A DNA stretch of 41,699 nucleotides from an uncultured Oscillospiraceae bacterium (GCA_964489575.1 CAZAZI010000001.1:1-41699), one strand, 5' to 3'. Numbered from the stretch's first letter, positions 17,410-27,961 are shown. Notes: generated by a model not told the origin, from the sequence alone. Translations and numbers: made by a program.

Positions 17410-18293
17410 AGTTTCTGACCTATATGCAGGGCGGCGCGCAGGTTCCCGCCGTGCTTTCCCCGGATGGGCGGCAAGCCGTTGCGCTCAATGCCCTCGGCTT
17501 TATGCACGAAACGCTGGAGCAGTTCATCCGCGCGGTTTCTCCGGAAGATCTGCATGCGCTCTATGCGGCGCTGCCGTTAAAGCGCGGGCTGCCTTTGGAA
17601 AGCCTCGCGCTGGCGGCCGCCATTCCCGAGCCGCTGCAGGAAATTATCATCATGGAAAATAACTTTACCCGGGATGACGCGGAGCAGGCCGCTTTTATGG
17701 CGCGCCGCGCCGCCGGAGAGCCCTTGCTACCTACCTACTTCTATAAAAAGGCAAGCCTTTGCAACGCTGACGGCGGCGTGATCCCCCTTTATCCCGGCCA
17801 TGTGAACGAGCTGGATTACCAGGCGGAGCTTTGCGCCGTCACCTGGCGCGATGCCTATCAGGTCCCGCGGGATGAGGCCGCAAACTACATCTTCGGCTAC
17901 ACGCTGATCAATAACGTGATCGCCCGCAGCCTGGTTCTGCGCCATAGGCGGCCCTATATTGCTACCAGCTTAGATGGATATCTGCCTATGTCCCCCCTCA
18001 TCGTCACGGCGGATGAATTCGCACCGGGTCACCGCTTTACGGTCCGTTCCTTTGTCAATGGTGCGCTCCGTCAAAACGGCACGACTGCACACCTGCGCTT
18101 TGACGCGGCATATGCCATTGCGGATCTTTCGCAGGCCAGCGTGCTGCGGGGCGCTTCCATTCTATCGCTGGGCACGCCTTATGGCTGCGCCAGGGACATA
18201 AGCGGCGACGGGCCGCCCACATACCTCAAGGCTGGAGACCGGGTCACCTGCCAGGTGGAAGGCGTGGGTTCCGTCACCAACATCGTAACGTAA
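17406..18293 (+). CDS. fumarylacetoacetate hydrolase (FAH) family protein, paralog 2
   Basis: ATGA overlap with paralog 1 and a GGAGGG RBS. LDYQAELCAV, IFGYTLINNVIARS, ILSLGTPYG. Confidence 0.85.
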   Translation: MKFLTYMQGGAQVPAVLSPDGRQAVALNALGFMHETLEQFIRAVSPEDLHALYAALPLKRGLPLESLALAAAIPEPLQEIIIMENNFTRDDAEQAAFMARRAAGEPLLPTYFYKKASLCNADGGVIPLYPGHVNELDYQAELCAVTWRDAYQVPRDEAANYIFGYTLINNVIARSLVLRHRRPYIATSLDGYLPMSPLIVTADEFAPGHRFTVRSFVNGALRQNGTTAHLRFDAAYAIADLSQASVLRGASILSLGTPYGCARDISGDGPPTYLKAGDRVTCQVEGVGSVTNIVT

Positions 18294-18324
18294 ACGAACC
18301 GCAGGTTCGGGAAGGGAATTGTAT

Positions 18325-19098
18325 ATGGATCTGCATTTAGCGGGAAAAACCGTTGTGATCATCGGCGGAGCCACGGGGATCGGCAAAGCGGCGGCGCTGG
18401 CCTATTTGGAGGAGGGCTGCCGGGTGGCCATCTGCGGGCGGCGGCAGGAAAAGCTGGAGGAAGCCGCGGCTTTTTTTAAAGAACAGGGCTATGATATCGT
18501 TGCCGGGCAGGCGGATGCGCAGGATTATGATTCCCTGCTGGCATTTGGCCGGGTTGTGGAGGCGCGTTTCGGCCCTATCCATATCTGGATCAACAATGCC
18601 GGCGGCAACAAGATCAAGGGCCTGTTGGACTATACGACGGAAGAATTCCGCGGCATGGTCGACCTCAATCTTACCACCGTGTTCCATGGCTGCAAGGCAG
18701 CCTGGCAGTTTATGTCCAAGGCGGGCGGCGGTGTGATCCTTAACGCGGCCTCCTTTGCCGCAATCGCCCCCAGCGCCGGCCGCGCACCCTATAGCGCGGC
18801 CAAAGCGGGCGTCGTCAGCCTTACCCGCACCTTTGCCGCGGAATTCGCCAAGGATAACATCCGCGTGCTGGCCTATATCCCGGGGATGATCCGCACGGAA
18901 ATGTCCAGGGCTTCCATCGAACATTACCCGGAGCTGCTTTTAAAGGATATCCCCCTGCGCCGCTTTGGCGAGCCGGAGGATCTGGCTAAGGTGCTCGTGT
19001 TTCTATCCTCCGATGCGGCCGGCTATGTCAACGGCTCTGCGGTGGAGATCAGCGGCGGCAAGCGCTGCGTGCAAAACCCGCAATATTCCTACGAATAA
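18325..19098 (+). CDS. short-chain dehydrogenase/reductase (classical SDR)
   Basis: GGATGIGKA cofactor motif, NNAG, and the catalytic S...YSAAK. Confidence 0.9.
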   Translation: MDLHLAGKTVVIIGGATGIGKAAALAYLEEGCRVAICGRRQEKLEEAAAFFKEQGYDIVAGQADAQDYDSLLAFGRVVEARFGPIHIWINNAGGNKIKGLLDYTTEEFRGMVDLNLTTVFHGCKAAWQFMSKAGGGVILNAASFAAIAPSAGRAPYSAAKAGVVSLTRTFAAEFAKDNIRVLAYIPGMIRTEMSRASIEHYPELLLKDIPLRRFGEPEDLAKVLVFLSSDAAGYVNGSAVEISGGKRCVQNPQYSYE

Positions 19099-19128
19099 GG
19101 CGCAACGCCCTCGATAACACACAATAAC

Positions 19129-19160
19129 GGAAGGCCCGCGGCAGCTGCCGCGGGCCTTCC
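19129..19160. terminator. strong palindromic hairpin between convergent operons
   Basis: GGAAGGCCCGCGGCAGCTGCCGCGGGCCTTCC is a 32-nt perfect palindrome. It lacks a clear T-tract. Confidence 0.55.
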
Positions 19161-19226
19161 TTCTCAGAGAGGAACACAACATCGCCATAGCCGTATACAG
19201 CAAACGGCGCAGGCAGATGGCAGCAG

Positions 19227-20141
19227 CTATTGATACCTATCCAGGTTGGCGATCAGGCTCTTGGCCCGTTCAATGAGCTCATCCGCATAGCGCACATGGT
19301 AATCGTCCAATACCACCTGCTCGCGGCTCAGCTCCGTTTTAAAGGCGCCGAAGCTGCGCAGATAGTGCTTATGGAACCACCTGTTTAGCTCCTGGGATTG
19401 GCGGGTAAAGGTGATAATCGGCAGCATATCGTAAAAGAGCCGCTTCGCCGCCTCCCTGTTGCCTGCGGTATGGAGGTCAAACACCTTGACCCACAGCTCA
19501 AACATGCCGGAAGGCATGACCAGATGCAGGCCCCTATCCAGCAGCTCCAGCAGCTGGTCGTTGCCCCAGCCGCTGGCGATCACCATGCGGCCTTCGGTTT
19601 CTTTGAGCAGCTGGGAGCACTTAGGCGCGGTGAATTTGACTTCGATCTTGCAGCCGATTACGCTCTCGAATTCGTTGAAGGCGCGTACGATCAGGTCGTT
19701 ACGCAGGCCGTCGCCGTTAAAATCCGCATCCTGGATGAAAATAAAGGGCGGCTTTTCCTTATCGACGGCTTCAACCGCGCGCAGCATATCGTCGTCGCTA
19801 TCTGTCGGCACCTGCATATTAAAGCCGTCAATGCCATAATCCTGGAACTCATGCATCAAGCGGATGCGCTCTTCGACCGTGGGCGCGGTGATGCTTGTGA
19901 TGAGCTTAGCCCGGCCCGCCGCTGCCTTGGCCGTTTCGGATACCAGCAACTTCTTCTCCGCCGTGGTCAAAAGGGGCTGCTCGCTGGCCAGGCAGGGCAC
20001 GAGGAAGCCCGCCACGCCTGCTTTGCAAGCCATATCGACCTCATTGGCCAGGGATTCCACATCCAGCCGCTTGTCTTCGCCGATAAAGGGCGTGATAACG
20101 GTAGTGATGATGCCTTTGATGGGATACAGTTCCTTTTTCAC
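19227..20141 (-). CDS. divergent dihydrodipicolinate synthase (DHDPS/NAL) family protein
   Basis: AAGGAGG lies 7 nt before GTG 20141. Overall DHDPS-like layout (IITTVITPF..., GVAGFLV). The GTxGE motif reads CLASEQ and the YNxP motif reads FNMQVP. Lys is retained in GCKIE. Confidence 0.75.
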   Translation of the reverse strand: MKKELYPIKGIITTVITPFIGEDKRLDVESLANEVDMACKAGVAGFLVPCLASEQPLLTTAEKKLLVSETAKAAAGRAKLITSITAPTVEERIRLMHEFQDYGIDGFNMQVPTDSDDDMLRAVEAVDKEKPPFIFIQDADFNGDGLRNDLIVRAFNEFESVIGCKIEVKFTAPKCSQLLKETEGRMVIASGWGNDQLLELLDRGLHLVMPSGMFELWVKVFDLHTAGNREAAKRLFYDMLPIITFTRQSQELNRWFHKHYLRSFGAFKTELSREQVVLDDYHVRYADELIERAKSLIANLDRYQ

Positions 20142-20158
20142 CGCGATTACCTCCTTAT

Positions 20159-21055
20159 TTAGCGCATGCCTTTGGCCTTATCGGCCGCCAGCGTTTCCTT
20201 AATCTTCTCCACCGCTTCGTCGCTCAAATCGTTAAAAGGCGCGCGGCAGGGGCCCACGGGGTTGCCCGTGAGGTTGGTGGCCTTTTTGGTTACGGTGTTG
20301 GGGTTGCCGAATTTGAAGCAGGCCCGGATATCCGCGATGCTTGCCTGTGCGGCCTCCGCGCCGGCCATATCCCCGGCAAGGAATTTTTGATAGATCGATA
20401 CCATGGTTTCCGGATAGATGTTGGCCACGGCTGTGATGCCGCCCGCGCCGCCCGCTTGCAGGGTGGGCAGAATCAAGGAATCGCTGCCCGAAAGCACGCT
20501 AAAATCCATATCCTTTGTGGCGTCGATATAGGCTTTGAGGTTATCCCAGTTGCCGGAGCTATCCTTGACCCCCACAATGTTGGGGACGTTTGCCAGCTCC
20601 GCCACGGTGGTAGGTTCGATGTTGTTGCCTGTGCGCGCAGGCATATTATACACGACGATGGGCATATCCACAGCCTGGGCGACGGCCTTATAGTGCCCGA
20701 TGATCTCCTTTTGGGAGATCGCTGCGAAATAGGGGCTGATAATGGACAAAACATCTGCGCCGATGGCCTTTGCCTGGAGGGAAAGGGCGATGGTGGCCTT
20801 GGTGCCGGGGCAGCCGGTGCCCGCATATACGGGAACGCGGCCCCTGGCCTCGTCCACGACGATGCGCATGACCTCCAGCTTTTCCGCTTCGCTTTGAATA
20901 TAGGCCTCACCATTGGTTCCCAGGCAGAATACCGCGTTTGCGCCGGCGGCGATCTGCCGGTTTACCTGGCGCCGGATTTCGGCTTCATGCAGGCTTTCGT
21001 CCTCGTTCATGGCCGTGACCATGGCGGCGATGATTCCTTTGATTAATGCGTTCAT
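20159..21055 (-). CDS. DHDPS/N-acetylneuraminate-lyase family class I aldolase or dehydratase (paralog)
   Basis: AGGAGG RBS. LGTNGEAY, VVYNMPARTG, and the Schiff-base Lys in IVGVKDSSGN. Confidence 0.85.
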   Translation of the reverse strand: MNALIKGIIAAMVTAMNEDESLHEAEIRRQVNRQIAAGANAVFCLGTNGEAYIQSEAEKLEVMRIVVDEARGRVPVYAGTGCPGTKATIALSLQAKAIGADVLSIISPYFAAISQKEIIGHYKAVAQAVDMPIVVYNMPARTGNNIEPTTVAELANVPNIVGVKDSSGNWDNLKAYIDATKDMDFSVLSGSDSLILPTLQAGGAGGITAVANIYPETMVSIYQKFLAGDMAGAEAAQASIADIRACFKFGNPNTVTKKATNLTGNPVGPCRAPFNDLSDEAVEKIKETLAADKAKGMR

Positions 21056-21096
21056 ATCGTCCTCCTAAAATATACGCGGCTGCCGCCGGGATGCCT

Positions 21097-21841
<745 letters not shown>

Positions 21842-21849
<8 letters not shown>

Positions 21850-22600
21850 CGTCCTCACCTCCAAGGTAAGCTTCTATCACTTGCCGGTTGTTCGCTACCT
21901 CGGCGGGATAGCCTTCCGCGATCACCTTGCCGAAATTGATCACCGTGATGCGGTGGCAGATGGACATAACCATATCCATGGAGTGCTCGATGAGCACCAC
22001 GCCGATGCCGCGCTCCAGCGCCTTGAATAAAAGCTGTGAAACCCGATCCTGCTCGGCGTTGTTAAGGCCGGCCGCAGGCTCGTCCACCAGCATCACCGTG
22101 GGGTGCGCGAGCATGGTGCGGGCAATCTCCAGCAGCTTCTGCCGGCCATAAGGAAGCGCGGTGATGCGCTCGTCCCAGTCGAGCTGAAAGCCGGCGATCT
22201 CCAAAAGCTCGTCCAGCTCCTCGCGGAAGGGCGCGCCCTTTTTCCCGAAAAAGGAAGCCATATAGCCCATCCGGTTCCGTAGGTCGGTGCCGACCTTGAG
22301 GTTATCCTCAATGCTGGCGCGGTTGTTGAAGCGCGGGGATTGGAAGGTACGGCCGATGCCCATCTGCGCGCGCGTGTGCGCGGGCAGATGCGTGATATCC
22401 TGCCCCTTGAAATAGACGCTGCCGCCATCCACTTCAAGGATGCCGCTGATCAGGTTGAGCAGCGTCGTTTTGCCAGCGCCGTTCGGGCCGATCAGGCCGC
22501 GGATCTTTCCGGCCTCCACGGTCATATCGATGTTGTCCGCAGTGACCACGCCGCCGAAAGCTTTGTTGACGCCCTTTACTTCCAATAATATTTCGCCCAT
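21842..22600 (-). CDS. ABC transporter ATP-binding protein, LivG type
   Basis: GPNGAGKTT, LPYGRQKLLEIA, VMLVDEPAAG. Overlaps the flanking genes. Confidence 0.9.
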
Positions 22601-23649
22601 CAGTCCGTCCCTCCTTCCTGCGCGACCGCGCCGCCTGCTGCGGCCTGCGCCGCTTTGCGCTTTTTGATGCGGCCATGAATCTTGTATTTGATGTTGTCAT
22701 AGATTCCCATCAGGCCCATCGGCATAACGACCATCAGGAGAATAACGCCCACGCCGTAAACCAGCTTGTAGTAAGACTGCAAGAACCGGAGCTGCTCGGG
22801 CAGGAATGTCAAGAGCATCGTGCCGAGGAAGGCGCCAAAGGTGGTTTCCACGCCTCCGAGCATCACCATGATGAGGTAAATGGCGGATTGGTCGTATTTG
22901 AAAGGATCCGGGCTGACATAGCGCTCCAGCAGCGCGTACATGCTGCCCGCGAGGCTTGCCAGAATACCGGCGATCAAAAAGCTCAGCACCTTGGTGCGGT
23001 AAGTATTGATACCCATGCATTTGGCGTTGATCTCATTGTCGCGCACGGATGCGAGCGCACGGCCGAAATAGGTCTTGCGGATGCGATCCACAATAAGGAA
23101 GCAGATGATCGCGACGATAAAGTAGACCTTGAAGTAATCGTAGTAGTTTTCGCACCGGAAGAAATGCAGATCCAGCTGCGGTATGTTGCGGATGCCGTCC
23201 GCGCCGCCGGTCACCTGCGCCCAGTTGGTATAGATGGTATGCATTAGCTGCGCAAGTCCAATGCTGGCAAAGGAAAAGTAAGAGCCCTTGAGCCTGAACA
23301 GCGCTAGGCCCAGCACATAGGAGAAGACGCCGCCGATGAGCATGGCCAGCAAAACCGTCAGCAGCGGGTCCACGTCGAATTTTGTGGTAAGATAGGCCGA
23401 AACATAAGCGCCCACGCCCATGATGGCAGCCGTGGAGAAGGTGACCTGGCCGCCCATGCCGAGCATGACCGAAAGGCCCAGCACCGCGATGAAATAAACC
23501 ATGCCCTCGTTGATGACCTTCATCATATATTTAGAGGTTACGTTTTCGCGGGGGACAATCAAGAAGATGGCCGCGCAGACAGCCACAATGGCCGCGACCT
23601 TGACCCATTGCATGATATTCCGTTTGTTGTTCATCGTTTGTTGCTTCAT
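22600..23649 (-). CDS. branched-chain-amino-acid-type ABC permease, LivM type
   Basis: Polytopic membrane protein between the LivH-type and LivG-type genes. The start could instead be the internal Met 5 codons downstream. Confidence 0.85.
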   Translation of the reverse strand: MKQQTMNNKRNIMQWVKVAAIVAVCAAIFLIVPRENVTSKYMMKVINEGMVYFIAVLGLSVMLGMGGQVTFSTAAIMGVGAYVSAYLTTKFDVDPLLTVLLAMLIGGVFSYVLGLALFRLKGSYFSFASIGLAQLMHTIYTNWAQVTGGADGIRNIPQLDLHFFRCENYYDYFKVYFIVAIICFLIVDRIRKTYFGRALASVRDNEINAKCMGINTYRTKVLSFLIAGILASLAGSMYALLERYVSPDPFKYDQSAIYLIMVMLGGVETTFGAFLGTMLLTFLPEQLRFLQSYYKLVYGVGVILLMVVMPMGLMGIYDNIKYKIHGRIKKRKAAQAAAGGAVAQEGGTD

Positions 23650-23657
23650 GGCCGGGC

Positions 23658-24521
23658 CTACGCTTTCTCGTCGATCTTCTCGCCGAATATGCCCGTGGGG
23701 CGGATGACGAGAACGATGAGTAGAACAAGGAACACGATGGCGTCCTTATAGCTATCGGTGATAAGCACGCTGAAGGATTCGATGAGGCCGATCAAAAGCC
23801 CGCCAACGATCGCCCCTTTTACGCTGCCGAAGCCGCCAAGCACGATGCCGGCAAACGCTTTTTGCGCCATGCTGCCCAGGGACTGGGATACCATGAACAG
23901 CGGCGCGGCCAGCCAGCCGCCCACGCCGGACAGGCACATGCTGATCATATAGGTGCAGGCGATGGCGATGATGGTGGGGATGCCGATCAGCTCCGCCTCA
24001 TAGCGATCCTGCGCGACAGCCTGCATGATTTTGCCAAGGAAGGTCTTTTCAAACAGGAAGTAGACGCCCAGCATCAGCAAACCGCCAACGCCAATGATCA
24101 AAAAATACTGGTTGTTTAAATAGGCCGTCCCCAGATAGGTGACGCCCGGAACAACCGGATCCATGCTTAGCGAAACGGAACCCCAGATCAGACGCACGAC
24201 CTCCTTGAGCGCGATGGACGCGCCCAGGGTACTGATCGTCACGGTCACCTTCCAGGAGGAGTTTCGGAAGGGCCAATATACGGAAAACATGTATGCGGCG
24301 CCGCAGATCGCAAAGCAGATCAGCCCGCAGAGCACCACACCCCATAGCGGAAGCCCCATCTGATAGGTCAGCATCCAGGTGAGGTAGGCGCCCAGCATAA
24401 AGAGCTGCCCGTGGGCGAAATTCAGCACACCCACAGCCTTGACGATCAAAATCAAGCCCATTGCCATCAGCGCATACAACATACCCATGGAAATGCCGGT
24501 GATTGTAAACTGTATAAGCAT
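23658..24521 (-). CDS. branched-chain-amino-acid-type ABC permease, LivH type
   Basis: GAGGAAA RBS. MLIQFTITGISMGMLYALMAMGL... is a typical LivH N-terminus. Confidence 0.9.
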   Translation of the reverse strand: MLIQFTITGISMGMLYALMAMGLILIVKAVGVLNFAHGQLFMLGAYLTWMLTYQMGLPLWGVVLCGLICFAICGAAYMFSVYWPFRNSSWKVTVTISTLGASIALKEVVRLIWGSVSLSMDPVVPGVTYLGTAYLNNQYFLIIGVGGLLMLGVYFLFEKTFLGKIMQAVAQDRYEAELIGIPTIIAIACTYMISMCLSGVGGWLAAPLFMVSQSLGSMAQKAFAGIVLGGFGSVKGAIVGGLLIGLIESFSVLITDSYKDAIVFLVLLIVLVIRPTGIFGEKIDEKA

Positions 24522-24565
24522 GTCGCTCGTTTCCTCTCAGATACAGATAACGGATATACATTTTC

Positions 24566-24598
24566 CCGTAACAGCGCCGGATCGCGGCGCTGTTACGG
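24566..24598 (-). promoter_or_regulatory. intercistronic hairpin directly after the binding-protein gene
   Basis: CCGTAACAGCGCCG pairs with CGGCGCTGTTACGG (14 bp, 5-nt loop). No T-tract follows on the coding strand. Confidence 0.5.
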
Positions 24599-24628
24599 AA
24601 TGTTCGGGTCGGGTCGTAGATCGGTTCG

Positions 24629-25834
24629 TTATGCGGCTACCCGCTCCAGCACCACGGCAGCGCCATTTTGGATCTGCACCACATACTCGGCCGTGGAGAG
24701 CATGGGGGTGCCCTGGTAGGTATAAACGGAGGCGATACCCTCGAAATCCTTGATATTGTGCAGTGCGGTATTTACGGCCGCGGGATCGTCGCTGCCGGCT
24801 TCCTCGATGGCCCAGCAGATCATCGAAAGGGCGTCATAGGTGGTTGCGGAGGTCATGTCGGGCGCACGGCCGTAAGTTTCCTTATATTTTGCGATCCACT
24901 CCGCCGTCTTTCCCTCGGAAACCATCGCGGAGAACGCGGTTACGGAATACCAGCCGTCGGAAGCGCCAACGGCATTATCCAGCGTAGAGCTCTGCGCAAA
25001 GGCGGAGTTGGCGATGCAGGGAATGTTGAGGCCGGCATCCTTAACAGCCTTCATGATGAGGGCGGCTTCGTTCGTTTGGCCGACGGCCACAAGCATATCG
25101 CAGCCGGAGTCAATGATTTTGGCGATGTAGGGGGCGAAGTTCTTCTCATCGGTAATGAACTGCTGTGTGCTGACAACCTCGATGTTATAGCCCTTGAGCG
25201 CTTCGGTGACGACGGGCGTCATGCCGGTGCCCAGCGCGTCGTTGGCGTGCAGGATGGCCACCTTTGTCGCGCCCAGCTTCTGGCAGTAGGCGGCGATCGT
25301 CAGGCCGGAGCCGGAGTCGCTCCTGCGGGTAGAGAGCATATAGGGGTTTTCCAGGGCCTCAAGCTTCACAGAGGAGCCGGAGCAGATCGCCGGGATTTCG
25401 GATTCGGCAACGAATTGCTCAACAGCCAAAACCGAGGAGGAATACTTGTTGAGGATCGTAGCGCAAACATCCGTTTCGGAAATGAGCTTTTGGTAAGCAT
25501 TGGTAGCCGCGGCCTCGGTGCCCTGGTCGTCCTCATAAACGACGATGACTTCGCGGCCCATCACGCCGCCGGCCGCATTGATCTCGGAGAGGAACAGATT
25601 GGCGCCTTCTTTGGTATACTCGCCGTTGATGGCGCGCTCGCCGGAGAAAGCGTCCGTCAGTCCGATGTAAATGGGCTCGGTGTTAACGGGGGCCTCCGCC
25701 GGCTGATCGGCAGCGGCGGGGGCTGCGGATGCCGGGGCCGGGTTATCCGCGGCGGCGGGGGTGGTGTTGCTGGAGCAGGCAGCCACAGACATCGCCATAA
25801 CAGCAACGAGAAGCAGAGCTAAAACCTTTTTCAT
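24629..25834 (-). CDS. ABC transporter substrate-binding lipoprotein, Leu/Ile/Val-binding-protein family (type I periplasmic binding fold)
   Basis: GGAGGG RBS before ATG 25834. Lipobox MSVAACSS, a Pro/Ala-rich linker, then a LivJ/K-like body (IYIGL...GA...). Confidence 0.9.
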   Translation of the reverse strand: MKKVLALLLVAVMAMSVAACSSNTTPAAADNPAPASAAPAAADQPAEAPVNTEPIYIGLTDAFSGERAINGEYTKEGANLFLSEINAAGGVMGREVIVVYEDDQGTEAAATNAYQKLISETDVCATILNKYSSSVLAVEQFVAESEIPAICSGSSVKLEALENPYMLSTRRSDSGSGLTIAAYCQKLGATKVAILHANDALGTGMTPVVTEALKGYNIEVVSTQQFITDEKNFAPYIAKIIDSGCDMLVAVGQTNEAALIMKAVKDAGLNIPCIANSAFAQSSTLDNAVGASDGWYSVTAFSAMVSEGKTAEWIAKYKETYGRAPDMTSATTYDALSMICWAIEEAGSDDPAAVNTALHNIKDFEGIASVYTYQGTPMLSTAEYVVQIQNGAAVVLERVAA

Positions 25835-25884
25835 CAAAATACCCTCCATTGTTTTTTATGTTTTTTAATACGCCGTTTCCGTAC

Positions 25885-27045
25885 CTACAGAAGCTGGCGG
25901 TAAATTAAACGAATATCGTCTAAAGACATGTCCTTTGGGTTCTGATCGAGCAGGCGGTGTACGTTTCCGGCGGATACCGTGAGGAACTCCAGGTCGTTTT
26001 CCTTCACGCCGAATTCTTTGAGGCTGGCGGGGATCTTCATATCCGCCGTAAGGGCGAAAATGGCCTCTACCACCTTTTTGCCCGCTTCCTCTGCCGTTAG
26101 CTCCCGGGTATCGATCCCCATGGCCCCGGCGATGGGCCCGACATGTTGCGGGATGGCGTCCATGTTATATTCCATTACAAAAGGCAGCAGGATAGCGTTG
26201 GAAACGCCGTGGGGGATGCGGAAGCGGCCGCCTAGCGGGTAGCTGAGGGCATGCACGGCCACCGTGCTCGAAGCCGTAATCGCCACGCCGCCATAAAAGG
26301 CTGCCAGCAGCATATTCTCCCGTGCTTCCATATCCGAACCATCCGCATAAGCGCGGCGAAGGTTTTCGCTGATCAGCTTAAGGCCCCGCAGGGCAAACAT
26401 TTGGGCAAAGGGGTTGGTTTTGCGGGAAATATAGGTTTCAATGCAATGGCAGAAGGCGTCCAGGCCCGTGGCCGCCGTTACGTGCTGGGGCAGACTTCTG
26501 GTAAGCTGCGGGTCCAGCAGCGCCTTGGCGGGCAGGAAGAAGGGATGCACCACCCCCACCTTCAGCTTTTTCTCCGGGATCAGTACGATGGCATTGGGCG
26601 TGGCCTCGGCCCCCGTGCCCGCCGAGGTTGGCGCCACAAAGAGGGGCGCGCCCGGGCGCAGGATTTGGGATTGATCCGTGAGGTCGTTATAATAGCCTGG
26701 GTTGGTCATCATCACGGCGATGATTTTGGACGTATCCATCACGCTGCCGCCGCCGATGGCCACGATCAGCTCGGCCCCGCAATCTTTAATTTTATCGAAT
26801 ACGGCGCGTACCTGTCTATCCTCCGGCTCGGGCGGCACATCGCTTACGATTGTCACCTTGGTAAAGCTGCGCTTAAGCTCCTCCAGCATTCCATCGAGGG
26901 AGCCGGAGCCGAGCGCGCCCGCATCGGCAAAAACGGCGATGTTGCTTTTGCCGGCCGCCCGAATCAGCCCGGGCAGCTCGCCAATACAGCCCGCGCCGCT
27001 GATCACCGTTCCTGGCATATGAAGTGTATAATTATTCATCTTCAT
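25885..27045 (-). CDS. iron-containing (group III) alcohol dehydrogenase
   Basis: IAIGGGSVMDTSK, TSAGTGAE, and metal-ligand His motifs ...DAFCHCIE... and HALSYPLGG...HG. Confidence 0.9.
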   Translation of the reverse strand: MKMNNYTLHMPGTVISGAGCIGELPGLIRAAGKSNIAVFADAGALGSGSLDGMLEELKRSFTKVTIVSDVPPEPEDRQVRAVFDKIKDCGAELIVAIGGGSVMDTSKIIAVMMTNPGYYNDLTDQSQILRPGAPLFVAPTSAGTGAEATPNAIVLIPEKKLKVGVVHPFFLPAKALLDPQLTRSLPQHVTAATGLDAFCHCIETYISRKTNPFAQMFALRGLKLISENLRRAYADGSDMEARENMLLAAFYGGVAITASSTVAVHALSYPLGGRFRIPHGVSNAILLPFVMEYNMDAIPQHVGPIAGAMGIDTRELTAEEAGKKVVEAIFALTADMKIPASLKEFGVKENDLEFLTVSAGNVHRLLDQNPKDMSLDDIRLIYRQLL

Positions 27046-27938
27046 TCTTCCGTCTCCCCGTTGGAAATCACATCCAGGGCCTTGCGGATTGCCGCCTCAA
27101 AGGCCTCGTCCCGGATATCAAAGGGAGCGCGCACAGGCCCTAGGTTCTGCCCCAGCATAAAGGCGGCGCGCTTGACCACGGAATTGGGGTTGCCCATGGC
27201 CATGCAATCGCGCAGCGGGCGGATGCTGTCCTGCACGCGCCGGGCTTCTTTCATATCCCCCTTTTCCCAGTTGGCGTAGATGGCCGCCATCCGCTTCGGA
27301 AATACATTGGCAATGCCCGAGATGCCGCCATGCCCGCCGGCCAGCAGACACCAGAGGATGAGCGAATCGTTGCCGGAAAGCACGGCGAACGCATCCCGAT
27401 CCGTGGCTTCAATATAGCGCAGCATGTTGTCAAAATTACCGCTGGAGTCTTTAATGCCTACGATGTTGGGCGCCTGGGCCAGCTTTTCCACCGTTTTGTA
27501 ATGTACGTTCACGCCCGTGCGCGCAGGCATGTTATAGATCAGTACGGGCAGCCCGCCCTCCTCCGCCACGGCGCGGTAATGGCTATAAAGCCCCTCCTGG
27601 GTATTGGCCGCGAAATACGGCGATACCACGGAAGCGCAGTCCGCGCCCAGTTCCCGGGCTTTTTTGGTCAGCGCCACGGTCTCTTTGGTGGTGGTGCAGC
27701 CGGTGCCCACATAGACGGGCAGCCTGTGGGCGGCCTGGTCGATTACGCATTCCATCACGCGCACCTTTTCTTCAAAGTTCATGGCGTAGTTCTCGCCGTT
27801 CGTACCCAGGGTGAAAACGCCATGGAGCCCGGCGGAAATAAAGCGCTCCACCTGCTTGCGAAGCTCAGCCTCGTTGATGGTTTCATCCTCAAAGAAGGGG
27901 GTCGACATCGCCGCGATGATACCTTTTACTTCCAGCAT
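27042..27938 (-). CDS. DHDPS/N-acetylneuraminate-lyase family class I aldolase or dehydratase (paralog)
   Basis: LGTNGENY, LIYNMPARTG, IVGIKDSSGN. Clearly paralogous to 20159-21055. ATGA overlap with the alcohol dehydrogenase gene. Confidence 0.85.
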   Translation of the reverse strand: MLEVKGIIAAMSTPFFEDETINEAELRKQVERFISAGLHGVFTLGTNGENYAMNFEEKVRVMECVIDQAAHRLPVYVGTGCTTTKETVALTKKARELGADCASVVSPYFAANTQEGLYSHYRAVAEEGGLPVLIYNMPARTGVNVHYKTVEKLAQAPNIVGIKDSSGNFDNMLRYIEATDRDAFAVLSGNDSLILWCLLAGGHGGISGIANVFPKRMAAIYANWEKGDMKEARRVQDSIRPLRDCMAMGNPNSVVKRAAFMLGQNLGPVRAPFDIRDEAFEAAIRKALDVISNGETEE

Positions 27939-27961
27939 AACCCTTTACCTCGATCCTTTTC

